A DNA stretch of 64,000 bases from Candidatus Nealsonbacteria bacterium. Lineage in GTDB: Bacteria > Patescibacteriota > Minisyncoccia > Minisyncoccales > JANBVM01. Position 1 is the first letter of the stretch; every line of letters begins with the position of its first letter. The notes under the pieces were generated by a model. The model did not search any database. It was given only the letters and a program-made list of their open reading frames with translations, and had not been told where the DNA came from. This document shows positions 53,204-61,606 of the stretch, piece after piece. The stretch covers positions 593,131 through 657,130 of the forward strand of contig CP061210.1 of NCBI GenBank assembly GCA_026016225.1. Direction: 5' to 3'. The position numbers and the translations under genes are program-made.

Positions 53204-53315
53204 TTTTTACACTATAAACAATTTGATTATTTACTTCAACAATAATCTTTGACAAAAATATAAAGATATGTTAGAAATAGGTAGTTACATTATATATTAT
53301 TTTAAATAAGACAGA

Positions 53316-53672
53316 ATGGGTGAGGAAAGATTGGAATCGTTTAAAATAAAAGCAGAAGAGGATAAGGAAAATCCTCCAGAAATACCACCGTTGCCTAATA
53401 AGAAAGGAGATTTAATAAAGTTATCAAGGAAAAGATTTGAAGTTGTAGCAAGAGGTTTACCAGACCTAAACCTGACCTTTAAACCAGGAGCAATAAGCAC
53501 ATTCTTTGAAGGCGTAAGATGTCCTTTCTGTGCTACGAGGTTCATTAGAAAAGTAACATGTGGTCATTTAAACATTACGCGTGAACCTTTCTTGTGTCCT
53601 AATTGTGACTTTCCAACAAATGTTTATAAAGTTAGAGATGCTCTTTTAAAGAAAAGTAATCTGAATTTATAA
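53316..53672 (+). CDS. hypothetical Cys-rich protein (CPFC...CPNC)
   Basis: 118-aa ORF. I prefer it over the antisense ORF 53297..53545 because of its composition and Zn-ribbon-like Cys pairs. Confidence 0.4.
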   Translation: MGEERLESFKIKAEEDKENPPEIPPLPNKKGDLIKLSRKRFEVVARGLPDLNLTFKPGAISTFFEGVRCPFCATRFIRKVTCGHLNITREPFLCPNCDFPTNVYKVRDALLKKSNLNL

Positions 53673-53704
53673 ACAATGAGGGTAATAACTTACTCTCTTT
53701 TTTT

Positions 53705-53750
53705 ACACCCTCACTGCTATCCTGAAAGGAGCATAGTTGTCTAAACTTTG
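53705..53750 (+). repeat. left copy of an imperfect 45-bp direct repeat
   Basis: acaccctcactgctatcctgaaaggagcatagttgtctaaacttt matches 54974-55019 at about 33 of 45 positions with no gaps. Confidence 0.6.
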
Positions 53751-53758
53751 AATTAACT

Positions 53759-54106
53759 GTGCTCTGGCTGACCGAAAATTTTAGTTGTGTTTCCTTTGAC
53801 AGAAGTCTAATGATAGTCTATAAACAAGATAGAAAATTAAAAAAGGTGAAATATTCTTTGATAAGGGAAGAAAGAAATTATCTGGGGATATTGATATATA
53901 TATTTGGATTAATGTCATTGTGTTATGGGCTTGAAATCTACTCTGCGAACCTTTTCCTTACAATTGTACTAGGGATTTTAGGAATAGGTTTAATATTAAC
54001 CGGTTGTGCACTTAACAAAGAAAGGGACTTTATACTGGGATTTTTTTTAGTATGTGGCTTGATTATATCTGCCATGTATTCTTTACTCTTATTTAAGTTA
54101 CTATAA
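53759..54106 (+). CDS. hypothetical small membrane protein (start uncertain)
   Basis: Hydrophobic C-terminal two thirds (ILIYIFGLMSLCYGL..., LTIVLGILGIGLILTGC, FFLVCGLIISAMYSLLLF). A good promoter at 53796-53824 lies inside the track ORF, so the real start is probably downstream of about 53830. Confidence 0.35.
   Translation: MLWLTENFSCVSFDRSLMIVYKQDRKLKKVKYSLIREERNYLGILIYIFGLMSLCYGLEIYSANLFLTIVLGILGIGLILTGCALNKERDFILGFFLVCGLIISAMYSLLLFKLL
53796..53824 (+). promoter_or_regulatory. sigma70-like promoter
   Basis: TTGACA, a 17-nt spacer, then TATAAA. The architecture is identical to the promoter at 55039. Confidence 0.5.
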
Positions 54107-54234
54107 TGTGAAGTATTGCCGTAAAAAGTAGAATAAAGTCTTGCAGGCAAAGTATAAGCCTGCCTTTTTTATTCCTAAAGCCAAAAAACCAAAGCTTTTA
54201 AACTTTGGTTTCAATTTTAAAGGGAGCTTTATTT

Positions 54235-54465
54235 TTACTTTAAAACATTTAATATTTTTTCTTCGTCAAAATCTTTTGAAAGGAGAAACTTGCAGATACT
54301 ATCCGTTATTTCTCTTTTAATATCATTTTTTCTTGGAATAGTAGTTTTTTTGCCATTTTCTTTACATTCGGCTTTAGTGTGCTTACCTCCTTCTTGAATA
54401 TCAAGCCCTAATTGTCTTAAACCACTGAGCATTACCTTTCTCTTACAAGGAAAATAAAAATTCAT
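54235..54465 (-). CDS. hicA: HicA/YcfA-like toxin (putative mRNA interferase)
   Basis: From the ATG at 54465: MNFYFPCKRKVMLSGLRQLGLDIQEGGKHTKAECKENGKKTTIPRKNDIKREITDSICKFL. This fits the HicA pattern, with GKH in place of GSH and with TIPRxxxIKxxTxxSIxK. Confidence 0.55.
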   Translation of the reverse strand: MNFYFPCKRKVMLSGLRQLGLDIQEGGKHTKAECKENGKKTTIPRKNDIKREITDSICKFLLSKDFDEEKILNVLK

Positions 54466-54473
54466 AAAATTGG

Positions 54474-54821
54474 CTAAGGGACACAAACGACTCCTCGAAA
54501 AAATGGAATTGGTCTTCGGAGAAATTCGGCTGGTATAGCCTTTTTCCAAGCTTGGACTAACTTTTTTCTTATTTCCTCAGAAGGAAAATATCGAGGCAAA
54601 TAAGGAATATATTTTTCAGGAATACCGAAATAAGTATAAATAGCGTCATTGACCATCACAAATAACTCTTCGGAGTTTTCCGCTTGCGTAAAACACCCCT
54701 CAAGATTTAATATTTTTACCCAATATCCTCCATCTTTAGATTCTTCAACCTGAACCCGAACAGAATCAGGAAGTTGTGCCTGATAGTTAATTAATTTATT
54801 AAATTCAACTTTTTCAAACAT
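54474..54821 (-). CDS. hicB: HicB-like antitoxin (N-terminal RNase H-like fold domain)
   Basis: DGGYWVKILNLEGCFTQAENSEELFVMVNDAIYTYF is the typical HicB/UPF0150 core. The ATG at 54821 is preferred over the TTG track start at 54860. The gene ends 8 nt before hicA. Confidence 0.6.
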   Translation of the reverse strand: MFEKVEFNKLINYQAQLPDSVRVQVEESKDGGYWVKILNLEGCFTQAENSEELFVMVNDAIYTYFGIPEKYIPYLPRYFPSEEIRKKLVQAWKKAIPAEFLRRPIPFFRGVVCVP

Positions 54822-54938
54822 AGGAGAGATATTAATGATTAAAAATAGTAATAAAAACAAAAGCGACTTCTCTTACAAAAGATTTAATAGTCGCATAGTG
54901 TTTTGGCTACTACTCGCATAGTCGACTTCTACATCCTC

Positions 54939-54964
54939 ATTATAGCATAAAAAATATTTGTCAA
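54939..54964 (-). promoter_or_regulatory. extended -10 promoter for hicBA with downstream direct-repeat operator candidates
   Basis: Minus strand reads TTGACA, a 14-nt spacer, then TGcTATAAT. The leader carries ACTATGCGA twice (plus-strand tcgcatagt at about 54891 and 54914). Confidence 0.45.
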
Positions 54965-54973
54965 GAAGTATTT

Positions 54974-55019
54974 AAACCCTCACCTCTATCTCAAACGGAA
55001 TATAGCTGTTTAAACCTTT
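54974..55019 (+). repeat. right copy of the imperfect 45-bp direct repeat
   Basis: aaaccctcacctctatctcaaacggaatatagctgtttaaacctt. See the left copy at 53705. Confidence 0.6.
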
Positions 55020-55038
55020 TTTTTTATTATTGCCGCTT

Positions 55039-55067
55039 TTGACAAAGGCCTAACAATAATTTATAAA
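55039..55067 (+). promoter_or_regulatory. sigma70-like promoter
   Basis: TTGACA (55039-55044), a 17-nt spacer, then TATAAA (55062-55067). Confidence 0.5.
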
Positions 55068-55116
55068 TAAAATGGTATATTAAATTATAAATAAAAAAAT
55101 AAAGGAGGTGAGAAAG

Positions 55117-55410
55117 ATGGAGAAGCTTGAATCTGTAGTTTCAACGATTATCGAACTTTTCATAAGATATTGTCCTTCGGTTAAGAAAATTGCAGGGGAT
55201 TTAATAACAGAAGAATTTAAAGTAATAGAGTTAGAAAACAAGGATGACACTCAGAAATTAGTAAAATATCTTTCCAAAAAGGGATGGAAGGGAGATTTCA
55301 CTTCAGTGGTAAATTGGAAAGAAATAAAAATAGTATGGAGGGTATATTTTAAAAGAAAAGTAGGAGTAACTAATGTACTATGTAATTATCTGAATTATAT
55401 AAAAAAATAA
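55117..55410 (+). CDS. hypothetical protein (ORFan)
   Basis: A strong SD (AAAGGAGGTG) lies 6-7 nt before the ATG at 55117. It is followed by the GGTGC-acaa-GCACC hairpin. Confidence 0.45.
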   Translation: MEKLESVVSTIIELFIRYCPSVKKIAGDLITEEFKVIELENKDDTQKLVKYLSKKGWKGDFTSVVNWKEIKIVWRVYFKRKVGVTNVLCNYLNYIKK

Positions 55411-55494
55411 TAATGATGTAGTTTTTAAGAAAAAGGGTGCACAAGCACCTCTTCTCTTTTTCTAAACTTATATTTTTTTATTTTTTATAAGAAG

Positions 55495-55527
55495 AAAAAC
55501 GCCAGTTTTCAAAAGCTGGCGTTTTTA
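55495..55527. terminator. bidirectional intrinsic terminator
   Basis: AACGCCAG-ttttcaaaag-CTGGCGTT, an 8-bp stem flanked by A5 and T5, between convergent genes. Confidence 0.6.
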
Positions 55528-55551
55528 GAAAACTTCCGGAAATTCTCTAAT

Positions 55552-55713
55552 CTATGCTTTTCCTAATATTCTAAACATTGTAGTTCCACATTTCGGACAT
55601 TTTCCTTTTGCAGCCCTTCTCTTAGTTCCACCCTTTCCCTTCATTGTCACTTCCTTCATATCTTCCATCGTCTGCTTTTTTTTACATTTTACGCAATATG
55701 CTATTGTTGCCAT
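55552..55713 (-). CDS. small zinc-ribbon protein (DUF5679-like pattern)
   Basis: Below the ORF-track cutoff. My translation is MATIAYCVKCKKKQTMEDMKEVTMKGKGGTKRRAAKGKCPKCGTTMFRILGKA (53 aa), with CxxC...CxxC. Confidence 0.55.
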   Translation of the reverse strand: MATIAYCVKCKKKQTMEDMKEVTMKGKGGTKRRAAKGKCPKCGTTMFRILGKA

Positions 55714-55775
55714 AATAATTTTAATTTAGTTTCCAAACGCGACCTTTAATATTAGACTATTTTAATTAGTTTACC

Positions 55776-56324
55776 TTATTTTAAGGAAAAATGATAGTCA
55801 AGTACTTCTAATTTTACAGCAAGGATAGTTTTGACGTCAATTATTCTTTTATCTCTTATCATCTTTAAAACCTCTTTTAAATCAAAAATCTTTACATTAT
55901 TTATAATTTCATCATTATCAAGAGCTTGATTTCCTTTTTTTAATAAATCAGCTCTAAAAAGATACATATATTCTGTGGTATAACCTGGAGATACATAAAA
56001 TTCTCCAATCTTTTCTAATTTGCCTGTTTTAAATCCTGTTTCTTCTTCTAATTCTCTTTTAGCTCCCTCTTCAGGTTTCTCATCTTTATCTAACTTACCT
56101 GCTGGAACTTCCCACAGTTCTTTTTTAGCTGGAAATCGATATTGTTTAACTAAAATTACTTTATCTTTTTTAATTAAAGGTAAAACAGCAACAGTATTTG
56201 GGAAAATAACTACTTCTTTTCTCATTTCTTTTCCCTTGAATTTCCAGTCAATCCTATTCAAAGAAATTTCATTTCCTTTGTATAGTGATTTAGTCTTTGT
56301 AATTTTAATTTTTGATTTTTTCAT
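55776..56324 (-). CDS. NUDIX hydrolase (ADP-ribose pyrophosphatase-like)
   Basis: Nudix box GKLDKDEKPEEGAKRELEEETGF. Confidence 0.8.
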   Translation of the reverse strand: MKKSKIKITKTKSLYKGNEISLNRIDWKFKGKEMRKEVVIFPNTVAVLPLIKKDKVILVKQYRFPAKKELWEVPAGKLDKDEKPEEGAKRELEEETGFKTGKLEKIGEFYVSPGYTTEYMYLFRADLLKKGNQALDNDEIINNVKIFDLKEVLKMIRDKRIIDVKTILAVKLEVLDYHFSLK

Positions 56325-56433
56325 AAATCAAGTTTTTCTGATAATAACGAAAACAAAAATTTGTCAAAAAAAACTGCCCTTAATGGCTTTTAATTTTGGT
56401 TTCAGGGAAACTCAAAAACATACTAAAATTGAA

Positions 56434-58419
56434 TTACAGAAAAAGAGGAAGAGAAATCAAGGCTACTTTTCCAATTAATTTTATCAAAATATCTATTGCC
56501 GGACCTGAAGTATCTTTAAAAGGATCTCCTACCGTATCGCCAATTATTGCTGCCCGGTGAGCAGCAGACCCCTTACCTCCTAAGTTTCCAGCTTCAATAT
56601 ATTTTTTGGCATTATCCCAGGCTCCTCCGGCATTTGCCATAGTGAGGGCAAGTGGAAAGCCAGCGATTAAACTTCCAGCTAAAATTCCAGCTAAACCTTC
56701 TACTCCTAAGAAAAGTCCGGCTAAAATTGGAACTAAAATGATTAAAATTCCAGGAAGAATCATCTCCTTTAGGGATATTTTAGTAACAAGGTCAATACAT
56801 CTTCCATAATCAGGTTTTACCTTTCCCTCCCTCAAACCAGGAATCTCTTTAAATTGTCTTCTTACTTCTTTAACAACTTTTAAGCCTCCCCTACTCACCC
56901 CCCTCATTAATAAAGAAGAAAACAAAAAAGAAAGCATAGCTCCAATGAAAAGTCCAGCCATTACTTTAGGATTTGAAAGGTTAACTGTTTCCAGGCGAGC
57001 AGCCTGAAAAAAAGCAGCTAACCAAGCCAGGGCAACTAAACCAGCCGAGCCAATAGCAAATCCTTTTCCAGCAGCAGCAGTAGTATTACCAACAGCATCT
57101 AAGGCTTCTGTTTTTTGACGCACTTCTTCTGGTAAACCAGCCATCTCAGAAATTCCAGCCGCATTATCAGCAATTGGACCATAACAATCAGCAGAAAGAT
57201 TAATTCCCAAAACTCCCAAAATTCCAATTGAGGCAATAGCAATTCCATAAAGACCCCCTAAATAATATGTCAAAACCGTAGCCACTGCCACTCCTAAAAT
57301 CGGTAAAAAGATACTTTCAATTCCAACTGAGAGTCCTTCAATAATCAAGATTGAGGCTCCGGTCTGAGAAGCTTTAGCAATGCTTAAAACTGGTGGTTTA
57401 TCTCCTGCGGTATAATATTCAGTAACCTTGCCAATCAAGAAACCAACTCCCAAGCCCAGTAAGAAACTATAAAAAAGATTAATTTGATTAAAAAGTTTAG
57501 AAATTATTAAATAAGCAGCAATAACCATTAAGACATTAGCTATTAAAATTCCTTTTCCCATAGCTTTTTGGATTTCTTCTATCTGTTTATTAAATTCAGC
57601 TTTTTCTATCCTTTTGGAAACCCTGATAAAAAAGCTGCCTACAAGTGAGCTTAAGATTCCTGCTGAGGCCAAAATTATTGGTAAGGAAACACCCTTTACT
57701 CCATAGATGTTCCAACCAATAACCATAGAAGCTATAATTGCTGAAACATAGGTTTCAAAGAGGTCCGAACCCATACCAGCAATATCCCCAACATTATCAC
57801 CAACCTGGTCAGCAATTACAGCCGGGTTTCTAATATCATCTTCTGGAATTCCTATCTCAATCTTTCCAACTAAATCTGCTCCTATATCAGCACTCTTAGT
57901 AAAAATCCCACCTCCTACTCTTAAAAAAAGAGCTGTCAGAGAAGAACCAAAAGCAAAACTTATTAAAAGCTCAACATCTTTAAAGAAAAACCAAAGTGTG
58001 CTAATACCTAACAACCCTAAGCCAACTACTAAAAATCCCATCACCATTCCAGCCGAAAAAGCAATCTTGAAACCCTTGGAAAAACTAATCCTGGTAGCTT
58101 CAGTTGTTCTAACATTGGCTTGAGTTGAAACCATCATTCCTATATATCCTGCCAGATAAGAAACTCCTGCCCCACCCAAAAAAACCAAAACCTTTAAAGG
58201 ACTCTTGGTCATCAATCCCAATCCTAAAGCAATCAAGGCCAAAACTATAACCATTACCTTAAATTCCCTTTTCAAAAAAGCCTTAGCTCCTTCCCGAATG
58301 GCCTGAGATATCTCTATCATTTTACCTGAACCAGAAGAGGCTTGTTTTATCTTTTGAATTAAAAAAACTGCAAAAGCTATGGCGGAAAGAGAACTAATAA
58401 TTGAAATTAAGTTTTCCAT
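56434..58419 (-). CDS. hppA: membrane-integral ion-translocating pyrophosphatase
   Basis: 661 aa and multi-TM, with ADLVGKIE, DNVGDIAGMGSDLFE and GDTVGDPFKDTSGPAIDILIKL motifs. Confidence 0.92.
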   Translation of the reverse strand: MENLISIISSLSAIAFAVFLIQKIKQASSGSGKMIEISQAIREGAKAFLKREFKVMVIVLALIALGLGLMTKSPLKVLVFLGGAGVSYLAGYIGMMVSTQANVRTTEATRISFSKGFKIAFSAGMVMGFLVVGLGLLGISTLWFFFKDVELLISFAFGSSLTALFLRVGGGIFTKSADIGADLVGKIEIGIPEDDIRNPAVIADQVGDNVGDIAGMGSDLFETYVSAIIASMVIGWNIYGVKGVSLPIILASAGILSSLVGSFFIRVSKRIEKAEFNKQIEEIQKAMGKGILIANVLMVIAAYLIISKLFNQINLFYSFLLGLGVGFLIGKVTEYYTAGDKPPVLSIAKASQTGASILIIEGLSVGIESIFLPILGVAVATVLTYYLGGLYGIAIASIGILGVLGINLSADCYGPIADNAAGISEMAGLPEEVRQKTEALDAVGNTTAAAGKGFAIGSAGLVALAWLAAFFQAARLETVNLSNPKVMAGLFIGAMLSFLFSSLLMRGVSRGGLKVVKEVRRQFKEIPGLREGKVKPDYGRCIDLVTKISLKEMILPGILIILVPILAGLFLGVEGLAGILAGSLIAGFPLALTMANAGGAWDNAKKYIEAGNLGGKGSAAHRAAIIGDTVGDPFKDTSGPAIDILIKLIGKVALISLPLFL

Positions 58420-58520
58420 ATTATTAAAAAATCTGTTTTTAACAGATTCATCTCCTATTTTATTTAATTAATGATATTGATTTTGAAACTATTGTCAAGA
58501 GGAAATATTTTTAAAAAATA

Positions 58521-58553
58521 AAAAAATACAGAGGACAACCCTCTGTATTTTTG
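58521..58553. terminator. bidirectional intrinsic terminator
   Basis: TACAGAGG-acaac-CCTCTGTA flanked by an A-run and a T-run. Confidence 0.6.
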
Positions 58554-58571
58554 TTTAATTATCAAGTAAGT

Positions 58572-58898
58572 TTATTCTTCTTCGTATAAATTATACGCTT
58601 TTCCCTTTTTTCTGGAAAGAGACCACCGAATTAAAAAAGTGCTGAATCCCAAAACAAGGAAAATCCATATAGTCAAACAAGCACAAATTTTAAGATAGAA
58701 AAAAATTGTCAAAATTATAAGTATTAAAGTCCAGACAAGCCAAGTTCTTGTTTCCTTGTTCCTCTTCTTCCATACCTTAATAGTTTTTACTAATGAATAT
58801 AAGACTAAGATTAAAATTATCCACCAGGGGAAACAAGAAGAAGCTTCTATACTAAATATTTGAGATATAAAGGAAAATACAAAATCATCTAAAAACAA
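58572..58898 (-). CDS. hypothetical small membrane protein
   Basis: 108-aa ORF with 3-4 hydrophobic helices. The start is uncertain because the first codon overlaps a terminator hairpin. Confidence 0.35.
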   Translation of the reverse strand: MFLDDFVFSFISQIFSIEASSCFPWWIILILVLYSLVKTIKVWKKRNKETRTWLVWTLILIILTIFFYLKICACLTIWIFLVLGFSTFLIRWSLSRKKGKAYNLYEEE

Positions 58899-58928
58899 AA
58901 ACCGATATTTTTCAAATCGGTTTTTTTT
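58898..58928 (-). terminator. intrinsic terminator after the ZIP transporter gene
   Basis: AAAACCGAT-9 nt-ATCGGTTTT with T-runs on both strands. Confidence 0.5.
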
Positions 58929-59017
58929 AATCTTTCAAAACTTTCAAATCTTTATTTTTAACAGTTCTCTTCTTTATTATATTAGTTATCTTTTTTCTGA
59001 TTTAGTCTCTGCTCTCA

Positions 59018-59770
59018 TTATAACACAATTTTTATTAACAACATTAGTGATATCCCAAATAAAAAGACAGTAAAATAGATTATTGATTTTTTAACATTTT
59101 CCTGCTGTTTAATCTCAGGGATTAAATCTGATGAAGCAATATAAATGAAATTCCCAGCAGCAAAGGGTAATAAAAAAACAATTGATTCTCCTATTCTTTC
59201 TGAAAGTAAAAACCCAATAATTCCACCAAAAATTACACTAATAGCTGATAAAAAGTTTAAAAACAAAGCCCTTGTTTTTTTAAACCCTCCATAGATTAAA
59301 ATTCCAAAGTCTCCGATTTCTTGAGGAATTTCATGAAGAGCTACTGCTAAAGAAGTAACTACTCCCAGCTGAAATGAAGCGACAAAAGAAGCTGCAATGA
59401 CTAAGCCATCAATAAAGTTATGTATGGCATCTGAAAATAAAATTAAATAAGAAAATGGCATTATCTTAGGGTGCTCTCTGGCGTGATGGTGATGCCACTT
59501 AATAAAGTTTTCCAAAACAAAAAAGGTACAAAATCCAAAAATCAAATATAAAAATAAATTCAAAATTTGGTCTGGTTCAAAGAGCTCAATTGCTTCTGGA
59601 AGTAAATGAAGAAAAGCTCCTCCGATTAAGGCGCCGGCAGAAAAAGCCACTAAAACCAATAGGAGTTGGTCTAATAATCTTTCTTTTAAAAATAAGGTTA
59701 AAGCTCCGATAAAGGCGATAAGACTGATTAAAGAAGTACAGAGAATGATATAAAAAAAGACAGCTGCCAT
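59018..59770 (-). CDS. zupT: ZIP-family divalent metal (zinc) transporter
   Basis: HNFIDGL and HEIPQEIGDF motifs, and a His-rich loop (WHHHHAREH). Confidence 0.8.
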   Translation of the reverse strand: MAAVFFYIILCTSLISLIAFIGALTLFLKERLLDQLLLVLVAFSAGALIGGAFLHLLPEAIELFEPDQILNLFLYLIFGFCTFFVLENFIKWHHHHAREHPKIMPFSYLILFSDAIHNFIDGLVIAASFVASFQLGVVTSLAVALHEIPQEIGDFGILIYGGFKKTRALFLNFLSAISVIFGGIIGFLLSERIGESIVFLLPFAAGNFIYIASSDLIPEIKQQENVKKSIIYFTVFLFGISLMLLIKIVL

Positions 59771-59818
59771 TTTATCATCTTAATTATATCACAACTTCTT
59801 AAAATTCAACTTTTGAGT

Positions 59819-60106
59819 TCAATTTCTTATCTTCTTTTGAATCCTAATTGCTTTCCCTTTAATAAGAGCTTGGGCTATTTTTCTGTGGGCTGAGATTAAG
59901 ATTCGTCCAAGAGTGCTTTGAGAAATTCTCATTTTTTTGGCAGCCTCGGTTTGACTTAATCCTCTTAAATCACAAAGTCTAATTGCTTCCAACTCATCTA
60001 CTTTTAAATCCACTTCTTCTAACACAGAAAGAGGTATAGCTCTTGGTTTAAAATAAGTGACATTGGGGTCAAATGAAATTCTTCTTGGTTTTATTGGTCT
60101 TGACAT
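59819..60106 (-). CDS. DUF134 (UPF0251) small DNA-binding protein
   Basis: MSRPIKPRRISFDPNVTYFKPRAIPL... followed by a sigma-70 region-4-like HTH (LSQTEAAKKMRISQSTLGRIL). Confidence 0.7.
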   Translation of the reverse strand: MSRPIKPRRISFDPNVTYFKPRAIPLSVLEEVDLKVDELEAIRLCDLRGLSQTEAAKKMRISQSTLGRILISAHRKIAQALIKGKAIRIQKKIRN

Positions 60107-60984
60107 ATTACATTATTTAATTTTTTAAATATTTTTTTAATTTCGGTTTTGGCTTTAAGGTTAGTTTCTACAATTGGCTTTAAGTTAGAAACTGCTTTAA
60201 ATATCTTTTTATCGTAAGAAATTTTACCTAAAATTCTTTTACCTATCTGTCCTGAGCCATGTCGAAGGGTCCATTTCTCAATTTTATTACTCAATCCAGG
60301 ATCAATATTCCACTTATTAATTACCAAACCCCAAGGAATATTAAAATGATTTACTACTTTCAAAACCCTTTTTAAATCGGAAAAAGCTGAAGGAGTAGGC
60401 TCTGTAATCAAAATAGCAAAATTTGAATCCTGTAAGGCAGCTATAACCGGACAACCTGTTCCCGGAGAAGAATCTAAGATTTGAAGCTTACAGCCAGATT
60501 TGTCTGCCTGTTTTTTAAGTTCTGTTATTATTTTTCCCGAACCTGTTTCTCCAGGTAAAAGATTTCCAATGATTAAAGGAAAACCGTATTTTGTATTCTT
60601 TATTATAATCTCCCCATTTTGAACAGGTTTTAATTTAATGGCTTTTTGAGGACAGACAATTTCACAAACACCGCACCCCTCACATAAAAATGGATTTAGT
60701 TTTGGTTTTCCATCTACCATTTTTATTGCTCCAAAACGACATTTCTCAACACATAAACCACAACCATTACACTTTTTATAATCAATTATTGGTTTAGCTG
60801 AAGTAACCACTGGAATCTTCTCCCTCGAGTCTTTAATTTCATTCAACCAAATAGCTAAATTAGGAGCATCAACATCACAATCTACAGCTACTATTTTTTT
60901 AGATTCAGTAAAAAGTATTGCTAAACTTGAAGCCAACATTGATTTTCCTACACCTCCCTTTCCGCTCGCAATTACCAATTTCAT
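60091..60984 (-). CDS. MinD/ParA-superfamily P-loop ATPase with inserted 2x[4Fe-4S] ferredoxin domain (COG1149-like), copy 1
   Basis: Deviant Walker A SGKGGVGKS and two CxxCxxCxxxC motifs (CNGCGLCVEKC, CEGCGVCEIVC). Confidence 0.72.
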   Translation of the reverse strand: MKLVIASGKGGVGKSMLASSLAILFTESKKIVAVDCDVDAPNLAIWLNEIKDSREKIPVVTSAKPIIDYKKCNGCGLCVEKCRFGAIKMVDGKPKLNPFLCEGCGVCEIVCPQKAIKLKPVQNGEIIIKNTKYGFPLIIGNLLPGETGSGKIITELKKQADKSGCKLQILDSSPGTGCPVIAALQDSNFAILITEPTPSAFSDLKRVLKVVNHFNIPWGLVINKWNIDPGLSNKIEKWTLRHGSGQIGKRILGKISYDKKIFKAVSNLKPIVETNLKAKTEIKKIFKKLNNVICQDQ

Positions 60985-61574
60985 ATTTTTGGTATTAATT
61001 TTTCTAAAATCTTAAAATCCTTTTTAAGAATTCCTTTCATATTGATGTTATAAGTAGCTACGGCCGGATGATAAAGAGGAATAATTTTAATGCTCTGAAA
61101 AAGACTTTTAACCTCAAAAACTTTTCCGTGGATTTTGCTTATTCCCTGAATTTGATCTTTTAGTCCGTATTCTTCAAAAATATATTTTGTAGAATGATTC
61201 CCTAAGGTGCAAATTACCTTGGGTTTTATGATTTTTATCTGTCTATCTAAATATGGAGAACAAGCTTCAATCTCGTTTAAATTTGGAGCTCTATTCTTCA
61301 AATCAGAAGTTACAGGCCGGCATTTAAGTAAATTGCAAATATAGACTTCTTCTCTCTTCAGGTTAATGGATTTTAAAAGCTCATCCAAAATCTTCCCCGC
61401 AGCCCCAACAAACGGTTTGCCTTTTGCGTCTTCCCAATATCCCGGGGCCTCAGCGCAAAACATTATTTTCGCCCGAGGGTTCCCTTCTCCGGGGACATAA
61501 TGGGCAATATTTTTGTACAAAGGGCATTTCTTACAGCTCAAGATTTCATTTTTTATTTTTTCTAACTCTTCCAT
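60981..61574 (-). CDS. family 4 uracil-DNA glycosylase (Fe-S type)
   Basis: CKKCPLY...GEGNPRAKIMFCAEAPG...C...HP pattern. Confidence 0.8.
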   Translation of the reverse strand: MEELEKIKNEILSCKKCPLYKNIAHYVPGEGNPRAKIMFCAEAPGYWEDAKGKPFVGAAGKILDELLKSINLKREEVYICNLLKCRPVTSDLKNRAPNLNEIEACSPYLDRQIKIIKPKVICTLGNHSTKYIFEEYGLKDQIQGISKIHGKVFEVKSLFQSIKIIPLYHPAVATYNINMKGILKKDFKILEKLIPKI

Positions 61575-61606
61575 TTAAAAAACTAAATTTTAATTATTTT
61601 TGACAT

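Noticed and set aside
53297-53545. 82-aa minus-strand ORF
   Set aside because: It is fully antisense to the longer plus-strand ORF 53316..53672. That ORF has paired Cys motifs and is followed by a hairpin.
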